This document shows, one piece after another, positions 12,043 through 24,005 of a stretch of DNA of 64,000 nt. The DNA comes from Adineta vaga. Lineage: Eukaryota; Animalia; Rotifera. A program made the position numbers and the translations under genes. The stretch spans positions 682,001 to 746,000 of the forward strand of contig CP075492.1 in the NCBI GenBank assembly GCA_021613535.1. The letters are read 5' to 3'. Positions within the stretch are counted from its first letter, which is position 1. The number at the start of each line of letters is the position of its first letter. The notes below the pieces were generated by a model that saw only the letters and a list, made by a program, of their open reading frames with translations, was not told where the DNA came from and searched no databases.

Positions 12043-14745
12043 TACTCAATAACCTTTGAAGAGGTCTAAGCGGAAAAAAATAAAAATTTAAAGCTAGAAG
12101 GACCACTCATGTGTCGTTGACCTTTGCCTGGATTTTCTTACTCCCTTTAGTCGAAGATGGACGCCTTCATTTTTTTAAAAGAGTTTGGTTGGTTTGAACT
12201 AAGCAGTTCTGGTTGTATGCGCACATGAGGAAGATTCTGAACGTTTTGTTTTAGACATAGTGAAATTGACATGTAGATGGGGCACTCGATTGGTTCTTCT
12301 TACTTCTGATTGGTGTATTACTATCGGTGAATCACAAATTGCCACGGTGGACAGTATATATACCGTCGATTTCTCGTTGTGTTTTCATTTAGTTGCATAT
12401 CATAGTAGTGAACAGTTGCACCTTTAATATAAGTATTCAAAGTATTTGTGTGCATTAAGCATTTCACTTATTTTCTTGCGGTGTTATGGAATTTCTGAAA
12501 CAGTTTTATCACTTTGACCTACCGAAGGAGGGTAAAGTAATGGACCATTGTAAGCGCTGCAGTCGCAAGTATACTGATAAAATTGGTTCCACTGGAAATT
12601 TTCATAAACATCTGAAACGACGGCATAAGGAAGAATATATGCAAAGCCGTGGTCGTAATCCTATTAGCTCACATGATGAGGAACAGGAGAATATTGAATA
12701 TGAAAGTACTGATTACGATGCAAAGATTAATGAGTCGATAGCCACAAATTTAATAGTGAAATGTAACTTGCCTCCGTCCATGATTGAACAGGGTGGTTTT
12801 CGAAGATTCATGAACGTGATCGCGCATAAATGGAAACCATGTTCAGCACGTTACATCAAGGCCCAGATGATTCCATCTTTGTATGGGTCTGTTAAAGGAA
12901 AGGTTGACGCAATGCTCAATGAAATCGATCATCTTTCAGTTACCATCGATATTTGGTGTGACCGAAGAGCAAAGGCGTTCTTAGGAATTACTGGGCATTT
13001 TATCGATGTTGATTTCAAATCACATGCCGTTTTATTGAAATTTGTGCGACTGAAAGGACCACATACAGCTGAGAATATTCGAAATATCACAAAAGATATT
13101 CTAGAAGAACTGGGAATCAGTAGAAAAATCTATCGAATAATCACGGACAATGCACCAAATATGATTAAGGCATATAAATTCGGACTGGCAGTTAATGACG
13201 AGAGCGATCTAGAAAATCAGTCTCAGACTAGTGATACTTCCGAAAACTCTTCAGAGTACGGTATTATCGATGAATCTGATTCTGAAATGGAATGGACACT
13301 ACTTGATCCTATCGATGACAAAGCTGACGGATCAAATGGGGCTGAAGAGACAAACGTGCGACTCTCTTGCTTCGCACACAGTCTACAGTTAGCAATTCGA
13401 GATGGGTTGAACAAGATACCATATCTCTCTAAAACTTTGTCGAAATACAAACAGCTTTCAAAAAAGTCTCATAAGTCATCAAAAGTTGCTGATATCTTGG
13501 AGGGTGTCGATAAACGAATAAGTCGATCAAATAAAACACGATGGAGTTCTGAATATTTTCTTATTCAGTCAATTCTTCGGTTGGGAAAGAAAACCGTTGA
13601 TGATATTACTAATACTATCGGTGATGACACGCTTAGCTTTAACAATAGAGATTTCACCGTACTCGAGGAGGCTGTTGATGTGCTTGAGCCTTTTGCTGAT
13701 ATAACTACTGTTTGTCAATCTGAGACTACAGCTACCGTTGGTATGGTTGTGCCTGCAGTTGTGCATATAATATCTCATTTGAAACAAATGAAAGGCAAAG
13801 TGTCATTATTGAAAAAGTTGATAAGTCAGTTGGAACAGTCAATGAATACTCGTTTCGCTGGAATTGTGAAGCGACTATCTCTGCAACCAGTCCTTGATAG
13901 TGATCCGTTCAATGACCAGTTATATTTTGTTGCAACCTTATTAGATCCAAAATCCAAGTTTCGTTGGATGTACTTGATGGATTATACTCCATCAATGGAA
14001 TCTAAAATAAAGCATGCAATGATAAATTTAGTACTAGATGAATGTGAACGGAATCGTGCTCAACAGAAAGGCCAATCATCATCACAGCATTCTTTCTTGA
14101 GCGGCGATGAGGACTCAGGACAGTCCACTATAAACGTTAAAAAACGAAAGTTATTTGAATATGATGATAATGAAGGACCCGTTTCATTACATACAGGCGC
14201 TAGTCCTGCAGATGAATTGACAAACTATATTAACGATACGTCTCGCATTAATTCCCTTTTATCATGGAAAACTAGTGTCCCATCCTTACTAGCAGATATT
14301 GTCAAAAAGGTTTTTTCCGTCCAAGCATCATCTGTTCCAATTGAACGTGCCTTTAGTCAGTCTGGAATCGTCATGTCACCTAGAAGGACATCGATGGGAG
14401 ATGAACTCTTTCAGTCACTAGTGTTTCTACGAGTTAATCAGAACCTGTCATAGATAGTTTTCAAATCTTCTCTTTTGTGGTTTCTCTGTATATTCAGTAA
14501 AATATGTTTTTGTAGTTCCTTCTCAATCACTCATTTTTTTTGGCGTTGTATATTTCTGTTTACGCATAATTTATAATCTAGAAGATGAAAATAACGAAAT
14601 TCTTTTGTTTCTAAAATTTGAGCTCTCGATATTTGACCATACCTAGTTCTAAAATCGGCAGAAAAGGTCAAAGACACATCAGTGGTCCTTCTAGCTTTGA
14701 ACTTTTATTTTTTTCCGCTTAGACGTCTTCAAAGGTTATTGAGTA
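12043..14745. repeat. Internal 83-bp inverted repeat pair (12043-12125 / 14663-14745) bracketing the transposase
   Basis: TACTCAATAACCTTTGAAGAGGTCTAAGCGGAAAAAAATAAAA vs TTTTATTTTTTTCCGCTTAGACGTCTTCAAAGGTTATTGAGTA. Confidence 0.9.
12486..14453 (+). CDS. hAT transposase (BED finger, DDE core, C-terminal dimerization domain)
   Basis: CKRC..STGNFHKHLKRRH, TIDIW, ITDNAPNM, CFAHSLQL, TRWSS, ASSVPIERAFS; uninterrupted 655-aa ORF. Confidence 0.95.
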   Translation: MEFLKQFYHFDLPKEGKVMDHCKRCSRKYTDKIGSTGNFHKHLKRRHKEEYMQSRGRNPISSHDEEQENIEYESTDYDAKINESIATNLIVKCNLPPSMIEQGGFRRFMNVIAHKWKPCSARYIKAQMIPSLYGSVKGKVDAMLNEIDHLSVTIDIWCDRRAKAFLGITGHFIDVDFKSHAVLLKFVRLKGPHTAENIRNITKDILEELGISRKIYRIITDNAPNMIKAYKFGLAVNDESDLENQSQTSDTSENSSEYGIIDESDSEMEWTLLDPIDDKADGSNGAEETNVRLSCFAHSLQLAIRDGLNKIPYLSKTLSKYKQLSKKSHKSSKVADILEGVDKRISRSNKTRWSSEYFLIQSILRLGKKTVDDITNTIGDDTLSFNNRDFTVLEEAVDVLEPFADITTVCQSETTATVGMVVPAVVHIISHLKQMKGKVSLLKKLISQLEQSMNTRFAGIVKRLSLQPVLDSDPFNDQLYFVATLLDPKSKFRWMYLMDYTPSMESKIKHAMINLVLDECERNRAQQKGQSSSQHSFLSGDEDSGQSTINVKKRKLFEYDDNEGPVSLHTGASPADELTNYINDTSRINSLLSWKTSVPSLLADIVKKVFSVQASSVPIERAFSQSGIVMSPRRTSMGDELFQSLVFLRVNQNLS

Positions 14746-16379
14746 CATTGTAGGAAGCGACAAGACCGAGGTGAATTATCAAGAAAATAGTACTATCAGA
14801 CAATATTCTGGCAAAGATCTGTGCCACTGGAATAACGTCCGACCTCGGGTTGATAGACATGTTAGGGTAGAAATCCATGATAATATCTCACATATCCCTA
14901 GGCGGCTTTGGGGCGAGTCAAAAGATAGGCTCAAGATTGGGTAAATTCATATATCGTCAAGTCGATATTTTATTCGAGTACAAGTACTTTGCTCAAGTAC
15001 AAGTATTCTCTCAAAAGTACAAGTATTTCTACGTTGTACTTGAAAAGTACAGAAAGTACGAGTACATGTACTTGCGTCCCAGTTCTGGTTCGATGATATT
15101 AGACGAATAAAATCTTCATCCGCAGTGACAATCAACACTTTTGCTTGAGCAGACATGTTATTTTTCTTCTAACAAACTGCGTTCTCTTTGCTACTATTAT
15201 AATTTCTCATATAAAATATCTATTTTGCAAAAACGAACGACGACGGTAAACGTGGACAATGTAAGGACGAAGAAATTAAAGATAAAAATAAGAAAAAGAA
15301 CGACATAAAGTAGTTTTATTAAAAGAAACAAGCAAAACGAAAGAAAACGAGAAAAATAAACACTCTTTACATGATGAATTAGTGCCTGCCTATGTTAACG
15401 TAGAAAATACGAATGCAATATAAGTATCTTATTTAGCTTCAGTTACACGTGTTAATGTAATGTATTGTAATCAAAGAAAAACGATGGTCAAAAAGAATTT
15501 TTGACGGAGCGAATATATTTCTCGACATTAAGTTTTACAATGTGTTTACAGAACATTAAATGATAAAAAAGATTTTAGTAACAAGTAAAAGAATTTGTTT
15601 CTTTAGTGAACAAGGAATTTGCAAATAGCCTTTGTCTAAATCAGAATGAGATAATGAATCCCTTTTAGATTTCTCACATGCAGAAGTGTCAGTGTTTTTC
15701 ATCCTCAGACCGAAAATATGAGCTATCATTTCCATTTCCGTAATGAAACGCGAACATGACATTCCTCTATTTTATGACTGATGGTAAATTCAGTAAAATG
15801 ATCATAATTCATCAAGAAAGATCTATGAGTCCTTGTCCTTCTAAGCTTTACTCGTCAGCGAACTAACAGTCCAAAAGCTGAGAACTACTTGGAATTGTTC
15901 TTTCGTGAAATTTCTTATATTAAATCATTTTTCTTATACGGAAAAATATCGTTTCTCGGTGAAAGCTCAGGTTTTATCATACCTCGGGGTGTACCCCATT
16001 CAGTAATCAGACTCAGTGAATGCTTCCGCAGAATTGTGGTATTAATGGAAACTGAGCTAGTTTCGAAGTACTCTTCACTCGAACGGCACATTTCTGCGAA
16101 TAGGATGTCAAAAGATTTCAACCTCGGATTCACATTGAAATACAAAAGCGAAGCTTAAACTATTGGAATTTGATTCTTTATTCTTTTTGGATCGAAATAA
16201 AGTCGAACGTTTCCAACTGAAATCCGAAATATTTATTTGAGAGGATATCATTTCACATACATGTTAATAATTAAGTATCTTATTCAGACACAACCATCAA
16301 CTTTGGGATAAAATAAGCTTCTTAAAAAAATCAAACTCGAAAAAGGATAAAAATAAAGTCATGTTGAAAATGTCGCTGA

Positions 16380-16954
16380 TTATTCGACACGTTTGAACCA
16401 ACGATGAGCTTCTACCGAACCACATTTCATATCCTGTAACAAAAAGTATTGTAGAACATAAGAAGAAATCAAAACTTCACTCACAATCTGTTGTTGACCT
16501 TGATCATTGACATAACGAACTGCCACACATTGTTTTCCATCTTTGCCGTGCATTGTATGTTCCAATGCATTACCTTTGACACGCACAATTGTCTACAAAC
16601 ATCAAATCAACGAACAAAAGTAAACGAAATCGATAAACGAACTTTGACTTCGCGACCATCACTTGTTGTTTCATCGAATTCAACACCTGGTGTAAATTCG
16701 ACCGTTTTTGTTTTCAGTGTGCTTTCAGATCGAATTGCCCATTTACCACCATTCTCAGTTATAACAAGGCGACGTTTCATACTTTTCACTGCCATTCGCT
16801 TAGTCATTCCAACGCCGAGTTCTTTCAGAAATTCATCCATGTTTTCATCGTTGATCTAATTTAAGAGAAAAAAACAAGGAAAGATGAACGAGATAAGTAA
16901 CAAACAACTGACTTGATCCCATGTTCCTTTGAGTGCTTCGACACCTTTGGACAT
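16380..16954 (-). CDS. FABP: Fatty acid-binding protein, 4 exons, 138 aa
   Basis: Exons 16954-16913, 16855-16643, 16592-16485, 16433-16380 with GT-AG introns; LKGTW..ENMDEFLKELGVG and FTPGVEFDETTSDGR signature motifs. Confidence 0.93.
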
Positions 16955-17343
16955 CTTTTGTGTTTTGGCTGATTGGTTTGAAAGAAGAGAAATCTGTTGT
17001 AGATGAGATTGTTCGACAATGCATAACAAAGTGTTGCAATCGAAGGGTTTATATAGAAAATCTGCCAACCTCGAGGAATCGTGGGCAGAAAGTACGTTTC
17101 TATGAAGTTATTCATCGGGAATTGTAGTAATAATAAAAACAACCGCCAACGCTATGCCAAAAGTGCGACGAAAGTACGTTCCTGTCGAGGACAACTGACA
17201 GGAAGAGAAAATATTCACTGCGAGCAAAAGTTCGCAAAAGTATTTTGGTGTGACATGCAACAGAATGGAGTAAATATAGAAGAAAAAGCGATGATTGTTC
17301 TTTCTCATGATTATCGAATCACATCTTAGTACATTTTTGCTTT

Positions 17344-17407
17344 CTTGAGGGTAAGGGTGAGGGTGTAATTGGAGATAAGAAATATAAATCCACATTTACG
17401 TTCTTAA
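17344..17407. repeat. Degenerate telomere-repeat palindrome element
   Basis: CTTGAGGGTAAGGGTGAGGGTGT followed by a core and a decayed C-rich arm (ATCCACATTTACGTTCTTAA). Confidence 0.5.
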
Positions 17408-17689
17408 ATCCTGGTCTAATGGTATAGACTGTTTTTTTTTCAATACAATTTTCAGAAGACAACTCATCACTTTTTATAGACTTGTTAATAGCACCCATTT
17501 TGAAATTTCCTCATGCTATAGTCATCTGATCGAACAGATCAGAAGTTGAAAAGTGGAGTATACAAAACTTCTGACATTTATTTAAAAGAATATTAGTAGT
17601 TCTGCAAAAGCCAGTACAGATTGCAAGATCAAGTGTACTATCACGATTGAAATCGCCAATAGCAATCGTAATTGGACTTTCTTATATTG

Positions 17690-18170
17690 ATGATATTATT
17701 TATCTTACACATTTAACGATCGAATATTTCTCTTATGATAATGATTGTCTTGAAATGATATTTAAACCAACACCAAATTTAACAGATTTGAAGATAAATA
17801 TGTTTTATGATAATAATATTATTCGTGCTTCTCTATGGAAAATCTAATCCGTTCATATTTACATCCTTTAAACAATTTTCAATTCGTATTTTCTTACGTT
17901 GGTAATATAGAACACTGCCATATGAAAATGTGTTTTGAAGAATTTGACGAGAAATTTTGGGTCGAAGAACATCATTGGTATACGGAATATATAATATCAA
18001 ACACCTCAGCAAAGATCTATACAATTCCACATATTTCAAACACGTACAGACTTGACAAACATGCTTATATATATTGTAATATATTGTAATTTATCGATAA
18101 ATGATATTGATAAATACCATAAAATAACTAATTTAATTATTGATATTGATACATTAGGGAAGCAAATATA
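17690..18170 (+). pseudogene. Fragment of an F-box/LRR-like family gene, frameshifted, abutting the Helitron 3' end
   Basis: LTHLTI..PNLTDLKI..WENLI..FQF..FW.EEHHWY..IYTIP pattern split across two frames. Confidence 0.55.
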
Positions 18171-18176
18171 TCCTTA

Positions 18177-21100
18177 CTAGCGGAGGTACCCGCTGCAAGT
18201 CCGAATAATGGAATAGTATAAGCTTGAAGGATGAGAATATAATAACCTTAACATAATATATATGTAATGGAACTGTGATGTTATAAATTTAGCTAGGACC
18301 TTCCTACTTTCGGCTTTGATATTCAATATCTGAGATTTGTTTTAGATATTTTTTATTTATTAACTTCTTTCAATTTAAAAGTGGGATAGTTTTTTATTCT
18401 AAAGCCTTCGGGTATACAACGTTTTTCGTTTTGCCATCAGGAGCAAACAGATATAAGTTTTTTCCAGTTCCTACTCTTGAACATACCACGTAAAGTTGGC
18501 CATGAGAAAAGCAAGGAGTTTCTAAATTGACACCAGCAACTTTAAGTGATTGCCCTTAGGACTTATTGATTGACATCGCGAAGGCAAGGCGTACTGGAAA
18601 CTGGAGTCGCCTAAATTGAAATGGCATATCAGAAGGAAGGAGAGGTATTCGCGGTATGCATACATCCTCACCTTTTGCACAACCTGTCATGATCGTTGCT
18701 TCTATTATGTGAGACATTAGAGTTTTGACACATAGTCTTGTACCATTACATAATCTTGGCGCATCCGAATTTCTCAAAAGCATAATAGAAGAGCCAATTT
18801 TCAGATGCAAGTTATGCAGTGGCATTCCAGAAGGTTCAAGTGAATTAAGAAATTCAGTCGGATACTGCACTGCCGCGTCCACATCCGTAACTGTATCAAC
18901 TGACTTATATGATTTCGTTTCTCCAGGAAGTTCTTTCTGAATTTGTAGATTGATGGCATTCACGTTCACGTTTTTGGGAGCCAGAATAGCACGTTCACAT
19001 AACCATTTATGATCCTTGAAATGAGTTTGTATGTTGGGAAACACACTATTCTTGAGTTCTTCAACCGATCCTACGATGTTACAAAAGTTGTCAGGAATAC
19101 TAATGAGTCCATTGACTGGATCTGCTCGTATTTTTCTGTTTCCGATCGCAAGCAGCTGCTCGGCAAACTGACCGGCAGACACGTCACCTTGTAAATGAAC
19201 TCTCATGTTGGTACTGAGTGTTAATGGTTTAACATGTATCCAGAGAGCTGAAGATTTCAAGCAAGCCTTAAGCTCATCAGCCATTGTACCCTTTTGAATA
19301 ACGGGCAATGTTTGCCTAAAATCTCCAGCAAGTAGTACAACTACTCCACCCATAGTTTTTCCATTGCCACGAAGATCTTGTAACGTTTCATTTAAGGCTT
19401 CTAATGAGCACATGTGCGCCATTGTACACTCGTCCCATACAATAAGTTCACATACTTCTAGAATCTTTGCTGCTCCAGTTCCTTTTTGAATACTACAGAC
19501 ATGTTTTTGATTCTGCATAAATTTGAAAGGCAGTTTGAATGTTGAGTGAGCAGTACGATCCCCTTGAAGCAGCATAGCAGCAATGCCTGAAGAAGCCACT
19601 GCAATCGTAATTTTTGATTCTTTGCGAATTTTAGCCAGGAATAAATTAATGACAAATGTCTTTCCAGTTCCACCTGGCGCATCAAGAAATATTATTCCAC
19701 ACGCTTTTTTATTGATCTGACCCAAAATACCGTTGTATGCAGCTCTTTGATCTAGTACTAACAATGGTTCATTTGCTGCTACATAGGCATCGAACTCTTT
19801 CACATCATAACTTGTTTCTCTGAGCATTTCGCTGCTCAATCTATCACCAAGGTTTCGTTGAGGAGTGGGAAGGCCAGATTCCTTAAGCTTTTTGCCACCC
19901 ATCTGTAGAACTTTATCTTCGACAATTATAAGCACTTGATTGAACATATCAGGTGTGTAATTTAAGTTCATTCCAGGATTTCTTCTGCGCGCTTCTCTAA
20001 GAATGTCTTCGGTTAAACTTTCTTTGTACGACTCCCACAATTGCGCTGGATTGGAGGGTCCACAGATGGCTAGTATGAGTGCAAATAGATTTCTCAATCT
20101 TAGTGGTGATTGAGCTGCAGCTGCTTCCGACATTGTGGCATCCCATTGCTGGTCATCTTCCAATAATCCCTATAATTGACATGCCTCACGAAATGTCGCA
20201 CAGACTCGACCATTTACAGTCCGTAGAGCTTCAAATGAAGTAGGACCTCTGACCGTATGAAGTAAGAGTCGTAGAAAAAAGCATTCGAAGTTATTGGGAT
20301 GTACAGTGTAGACACGACCGAAGGCCTCTGATTCCCTTATAGTCGGATGGTCATCCACAGCATTTCCTTGAACACGCCGCTTAAAAAATTTTCCGGATGC
20401 ATCCCATGTGTAATATTTTGGAACATCACAGTACAGCAGCGTTTTGGCGAAGCCATCTTTCTGACATAGTAAGAAAAACGCCGTCAGTGTTGTTCTTGGT
20501 GGTTCTTTAACTTTCTCAAGAACATTATCTTCCGTAAAATAGACCCGTTGACCATTTTCCAAATGTACGGCTAAATGAACTACCGTGGGATATCTTTCAT
20601 GATTTGGAAAATCCAGAATTCGCCAGACTGCCTCGTTACTGCTTATGTATCTCCCCAACTGGTATTGCTTAATTTCATCAACTGCTGTCCCATCCTTGTT
20701 CAGACCAAATACTGCCTGATCACTACCCTTGTTGACATATTTGCAGATATATTTGATCGATTTCACCGAATTGCAATATTCTACATTTATATGAGCTTGA
20801 AAGATCCGGCAGAGTAATAGGCAATATGGCACAACCCATTTATTATCTATTTCAATGTCTTGTTTGGAATTGTTAATTTTCATTTTAATTGTGGCTTTGA
20901 TACCATCATCTTCTGGACTTCGTCTTCTATATAATGGATACCCATCGTCACCGGTTTCTGTATTTTGCAAAAGCTGTCTTGGGTATCCTTTCGTGCACTT
21001 TTTTGTATCTTTGTCCATACAGATAGAATTCGGATTGACGTTACCACAGGGACCATGGAGCATCGTTTTGATGATTATTGCAAAGAGGCGCGGATCTTGT

Positions 21101-23580
21101 TGAGGATCAGGTAGTTCTGCACTGATGACACTATCTATTTGATCCGATTTAATCTTGTTCTTTAGCCATATCAAAATATGTGCATGTGGTAGGCCTCTCT
21201 TTTGCCATTCAATAGAATACATCCAGCATCTTGTTGGACCGAACACATGGCTTTGGCAACAATATTCATCAGTTTTGTGAGCTTTTGTCTGAACACTCTC
21301 GCTATTAAATCATGACGATCGGAAGCATCTTGACCAAACAGCAACTCTTCTTGAATATCTTCCCGCTTAGGATTGCATGTGAATGTCACAAAAAGATCGG
21401 GTCTTCCGTGGTTTCTCGCGTAGGTCATAGCATCTTGTGTATACTCGTGCATGTGGCGTGGGCTTCCGGTAAAAGTGGATGGTAAAATCACTAATTGGCC
21501 AACATTGCTTGCCTTTCCATCATTAGCTATGGCATCCTTCAGATGAATGTATTCATCCACTCTCAATGGTGTCTGATGGTGACGTAGGTAAGATAATCGT
21601 TCACTTTCGATCTTAGCGCACATGTCAACCAAAAACTGTTGAAATAGACGTCGACAGCGTAAGATGTGATTGACAGATCCAAATCGTATCATAATTCTGT
21701 AAGCATAGAAGTCCATGGCCGATACTGTTTTCTTCTCAACAGGCAATCCTGTTTCGGGATCAGTCTGTGCGATGGCGATATCATAACCATCTTCTCCTTC
21801 CCAAAATATCAGAGGGTATTGCAAGGCGTCATAAGCTCTGTGTATCTCAGACACTCTTTTTAACTGACCGTTTTGCTTCTCGAGGACAATATCTCGGTTT
21901 CCAAATGTGTTGTCAACTATCACGGCGGCCACATCATTTGTCGTCGGTGCATTGAAGCGTCGTGCATGCTCTCCGACAGGTGTCTTGTCTGCTCGAATAA
22001 CCACCGTGCGTTGATCCTTAGTCATTGCCTGAAGGGCAGTCTTGAAAGACCGCACATAAGCATTGTTTTCATGAAGCATTTGCTGCAGTTTCTTGACGAT
22101 ATCGGGGAGTAAATCAGGTAGAACTCTGCAACGTTGTTGTACTTCTTTTCTATCGTCACCCATGAAGTAAATTTGAAGAAACTGATGTTCTTGGTCTGGG
22201 AGTGGCAACAGAGATCCTATGCGATGGTATACTTGACCCTGAACTCTAAAGGTTGGATTGAAACCTGGCACAGTCTCTTTCTTTGACGCTCCAAAAGATG
22301 TCATTTGAAAACAGGAATTGTATTTCCTAATGTTATCCAGGAACTTAGTCGATTTAGTCGTTTTTCCTGACATTAGTGATTCCAATGGTTCAGGAGGAGG
22401 TTGAAGTTCATCTAACTTAACCTTACCGTTCGAGCAGCACATGGCCGGTGCTTTCTCCAGGCCACTTCGTCTCTGTTCTGGTGTTTCAGCTGCTCTTGCA
22501 ATTGTTTGTCTCCTACGTTGATCATCAAGTCGATTGCTTGTCTGTTCTGGAGATTCAGCTGCTCTTGCGGCCCCCATTCTTCTTGAAGCTGATGTACTTC
22601 TTCCCAAAGAGGTTCTTTTCTTTACTGGCATTAGGTAATCTTTTTAATCTAAATATGATAAATAGACAGTAATTCAAAAGGGACACATCTCACTACTTAC
22701 CTTTTCAAATGATTTTTGGTATGATGATCGAAGAATATTTGGTAATCTGTAAGTTTATAATGTTTGTAAATACACTGATTTCACACTTACTTGCTTTTCG
22801 ACAATTAAGTTGAGTGATAGAATAGGATAGAATATCTATATCGACTTTAATATGTATTGATAGACAGTAGAAAAAACGATCTGTTTATATAGATGAAAAG
22901 CGCTGGAGATTTCGCAGCACCGTCTTGTATCATGACATGAACATTTCAATGACGATACATGACGTATGAGAAAGAATGTTATACGTCATATCATATACAA
23001 TAATACATTACACAGGGAACAATTCAGATTCATTCAAGAGAGAATGTGCAATAGATAATTATCCAATATAGCCATACTTCATTCGTATATTCCGATCATT
23101 CATATCTCATGTTTTATGAGTCAAGAAAAACAAAGAAAAATGCACAAAAATTTATCGTACATCAGAAAAAATGAATATATCATAGTTATCGATACATAGA
23201 AAGATCAATACACATTATTATTTAAGTATTATAAAGATTATATATTATATTTAGATTATAGATATAGATAAAAGAACCTTTGATTTTCATACATATTGCG
23301 AAAAAAATAGCATTAAATAAACAAAAGCTCACAGAACTTCAATATTTTATGTAATTTTCTGCAAAAATCATGACAATTTCAATTCATTACGACTTCAATG
23401 AGATTTTCTCCAAATAAAATATAAGTTATATAGAAAGAACATATAGATGATTCATGAGCGCTCAGACGGCCTTCGGCCGCCTTCGCTATTAATGTTTCCA
23501 AAATTTTGAGATGCTGAAATCCGATTGGTCGGTTTTATAGGTGACTTGTAGCAAGTGTAGGACTGCTATACATAAGTAGA
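18177..23580 (-). mobile_element. Helitron, near full length, defective
   Basis: 3' end AGCGGGTACCTCCGCTAG|T (CTAG at 18177-18180). Candidate 5' end TCTACTTATGTATA at 23580, preceded by T rather than A, so tentative. Rep-helicase inside. Confidence 0.8.
18394..22631 (-). pseudogene. Helitron Rep-PIF1 helicase (RepHel)
   Basis: FVTFTCNP, EWQKRGLPHAHIL (HUH), KYICKY, GGTGKT, WDE, GDFRQ, FAMSINKS*GQSL, HGQLYV. Frameshift near 21245; in-frame stops at 20170-20172 and 18556-18558. Confidence 0.95.
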
Positions 23581-23615
23581 AGGTGTTAGTTGTTGTCTGT
23601 GAGCGGTCAGACGGC

Positions 23616-23715
23616 ATCTGAGGGTGTGGGTGTGGGTGAGGGTGGGTGGGTGTAGGTTTACGTAAAGAGATTACGCACCCACTCTCAAACTCACCCACAC
23701 CGACACACTCAAGAT
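23616..23715. repeat. Telomere-repeat palindrome element
   Basis: ATC-TGAGGGTGTGGG arm, core GTAGGTTTACGTAAAGAGATTACGC, C-rich arm ending CTCAAGAT. Confidence 0.85.
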
Positions 23716-23826
23716 GGTCCCCTGAGACATATCTAGGCACATTGGTCTCGGGATACAGGTTTTGTCCATTTTGAGACCTTGTTCAGACAGATTTAGTTAA
23801 CAAACGGTGATTTAGTTAACAAACGG

Positions 23827-23909
23827 TGAGGGTGTGGGTGGGTGGGTGTAGGTTTACGTAAAGAGATTACGCACCCACTCTCAAACTCACCCACACCCAC
23901 ACCCACACC
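23827..23909. repeat. Local duplicate of the 23616 palindrome element
   Basis: Same core and same CCACTCTCAAACTCACCC variant arm; preceded by a tandem duplication of GATTTAGTTAACAAACGGT. Confidence 0.85.
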
Positions 23910-24005
23910 ATCATAAATACAAAAAGAAAAACATCAATTTAAAAAAATATATATATTCATCATATTACAGTTTCATATATACACAGTCGAAAACATTGTA
24001 ACAAT

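Larger units (their letters stand above)
11857..15087 (+). mobile_element. hAT DNA transposon
   Basis: Imperfect TIRs CAGAGGTAGGATAAGTAC / GTACTTGCGTCCCAGTTCTG; (AA)GTAC-rich subterminal arrays at both ends; degenerate 8-bp flanks GTTCACAA / GTTCGATG; transposase ORF inside. Confidence 0.85.

Noticed and set aside
15556-16158. Short ORFs with somewhat coding-like composition
   Set aside because: No recognisable motif and multiple stops; may be an unidentifiable remnant.
13223-22672. Numerous 60-120 aa antisense ORFs over the transposase, FABP and RepHel
   Set aside because: Shadow ORFs of real coding strands.
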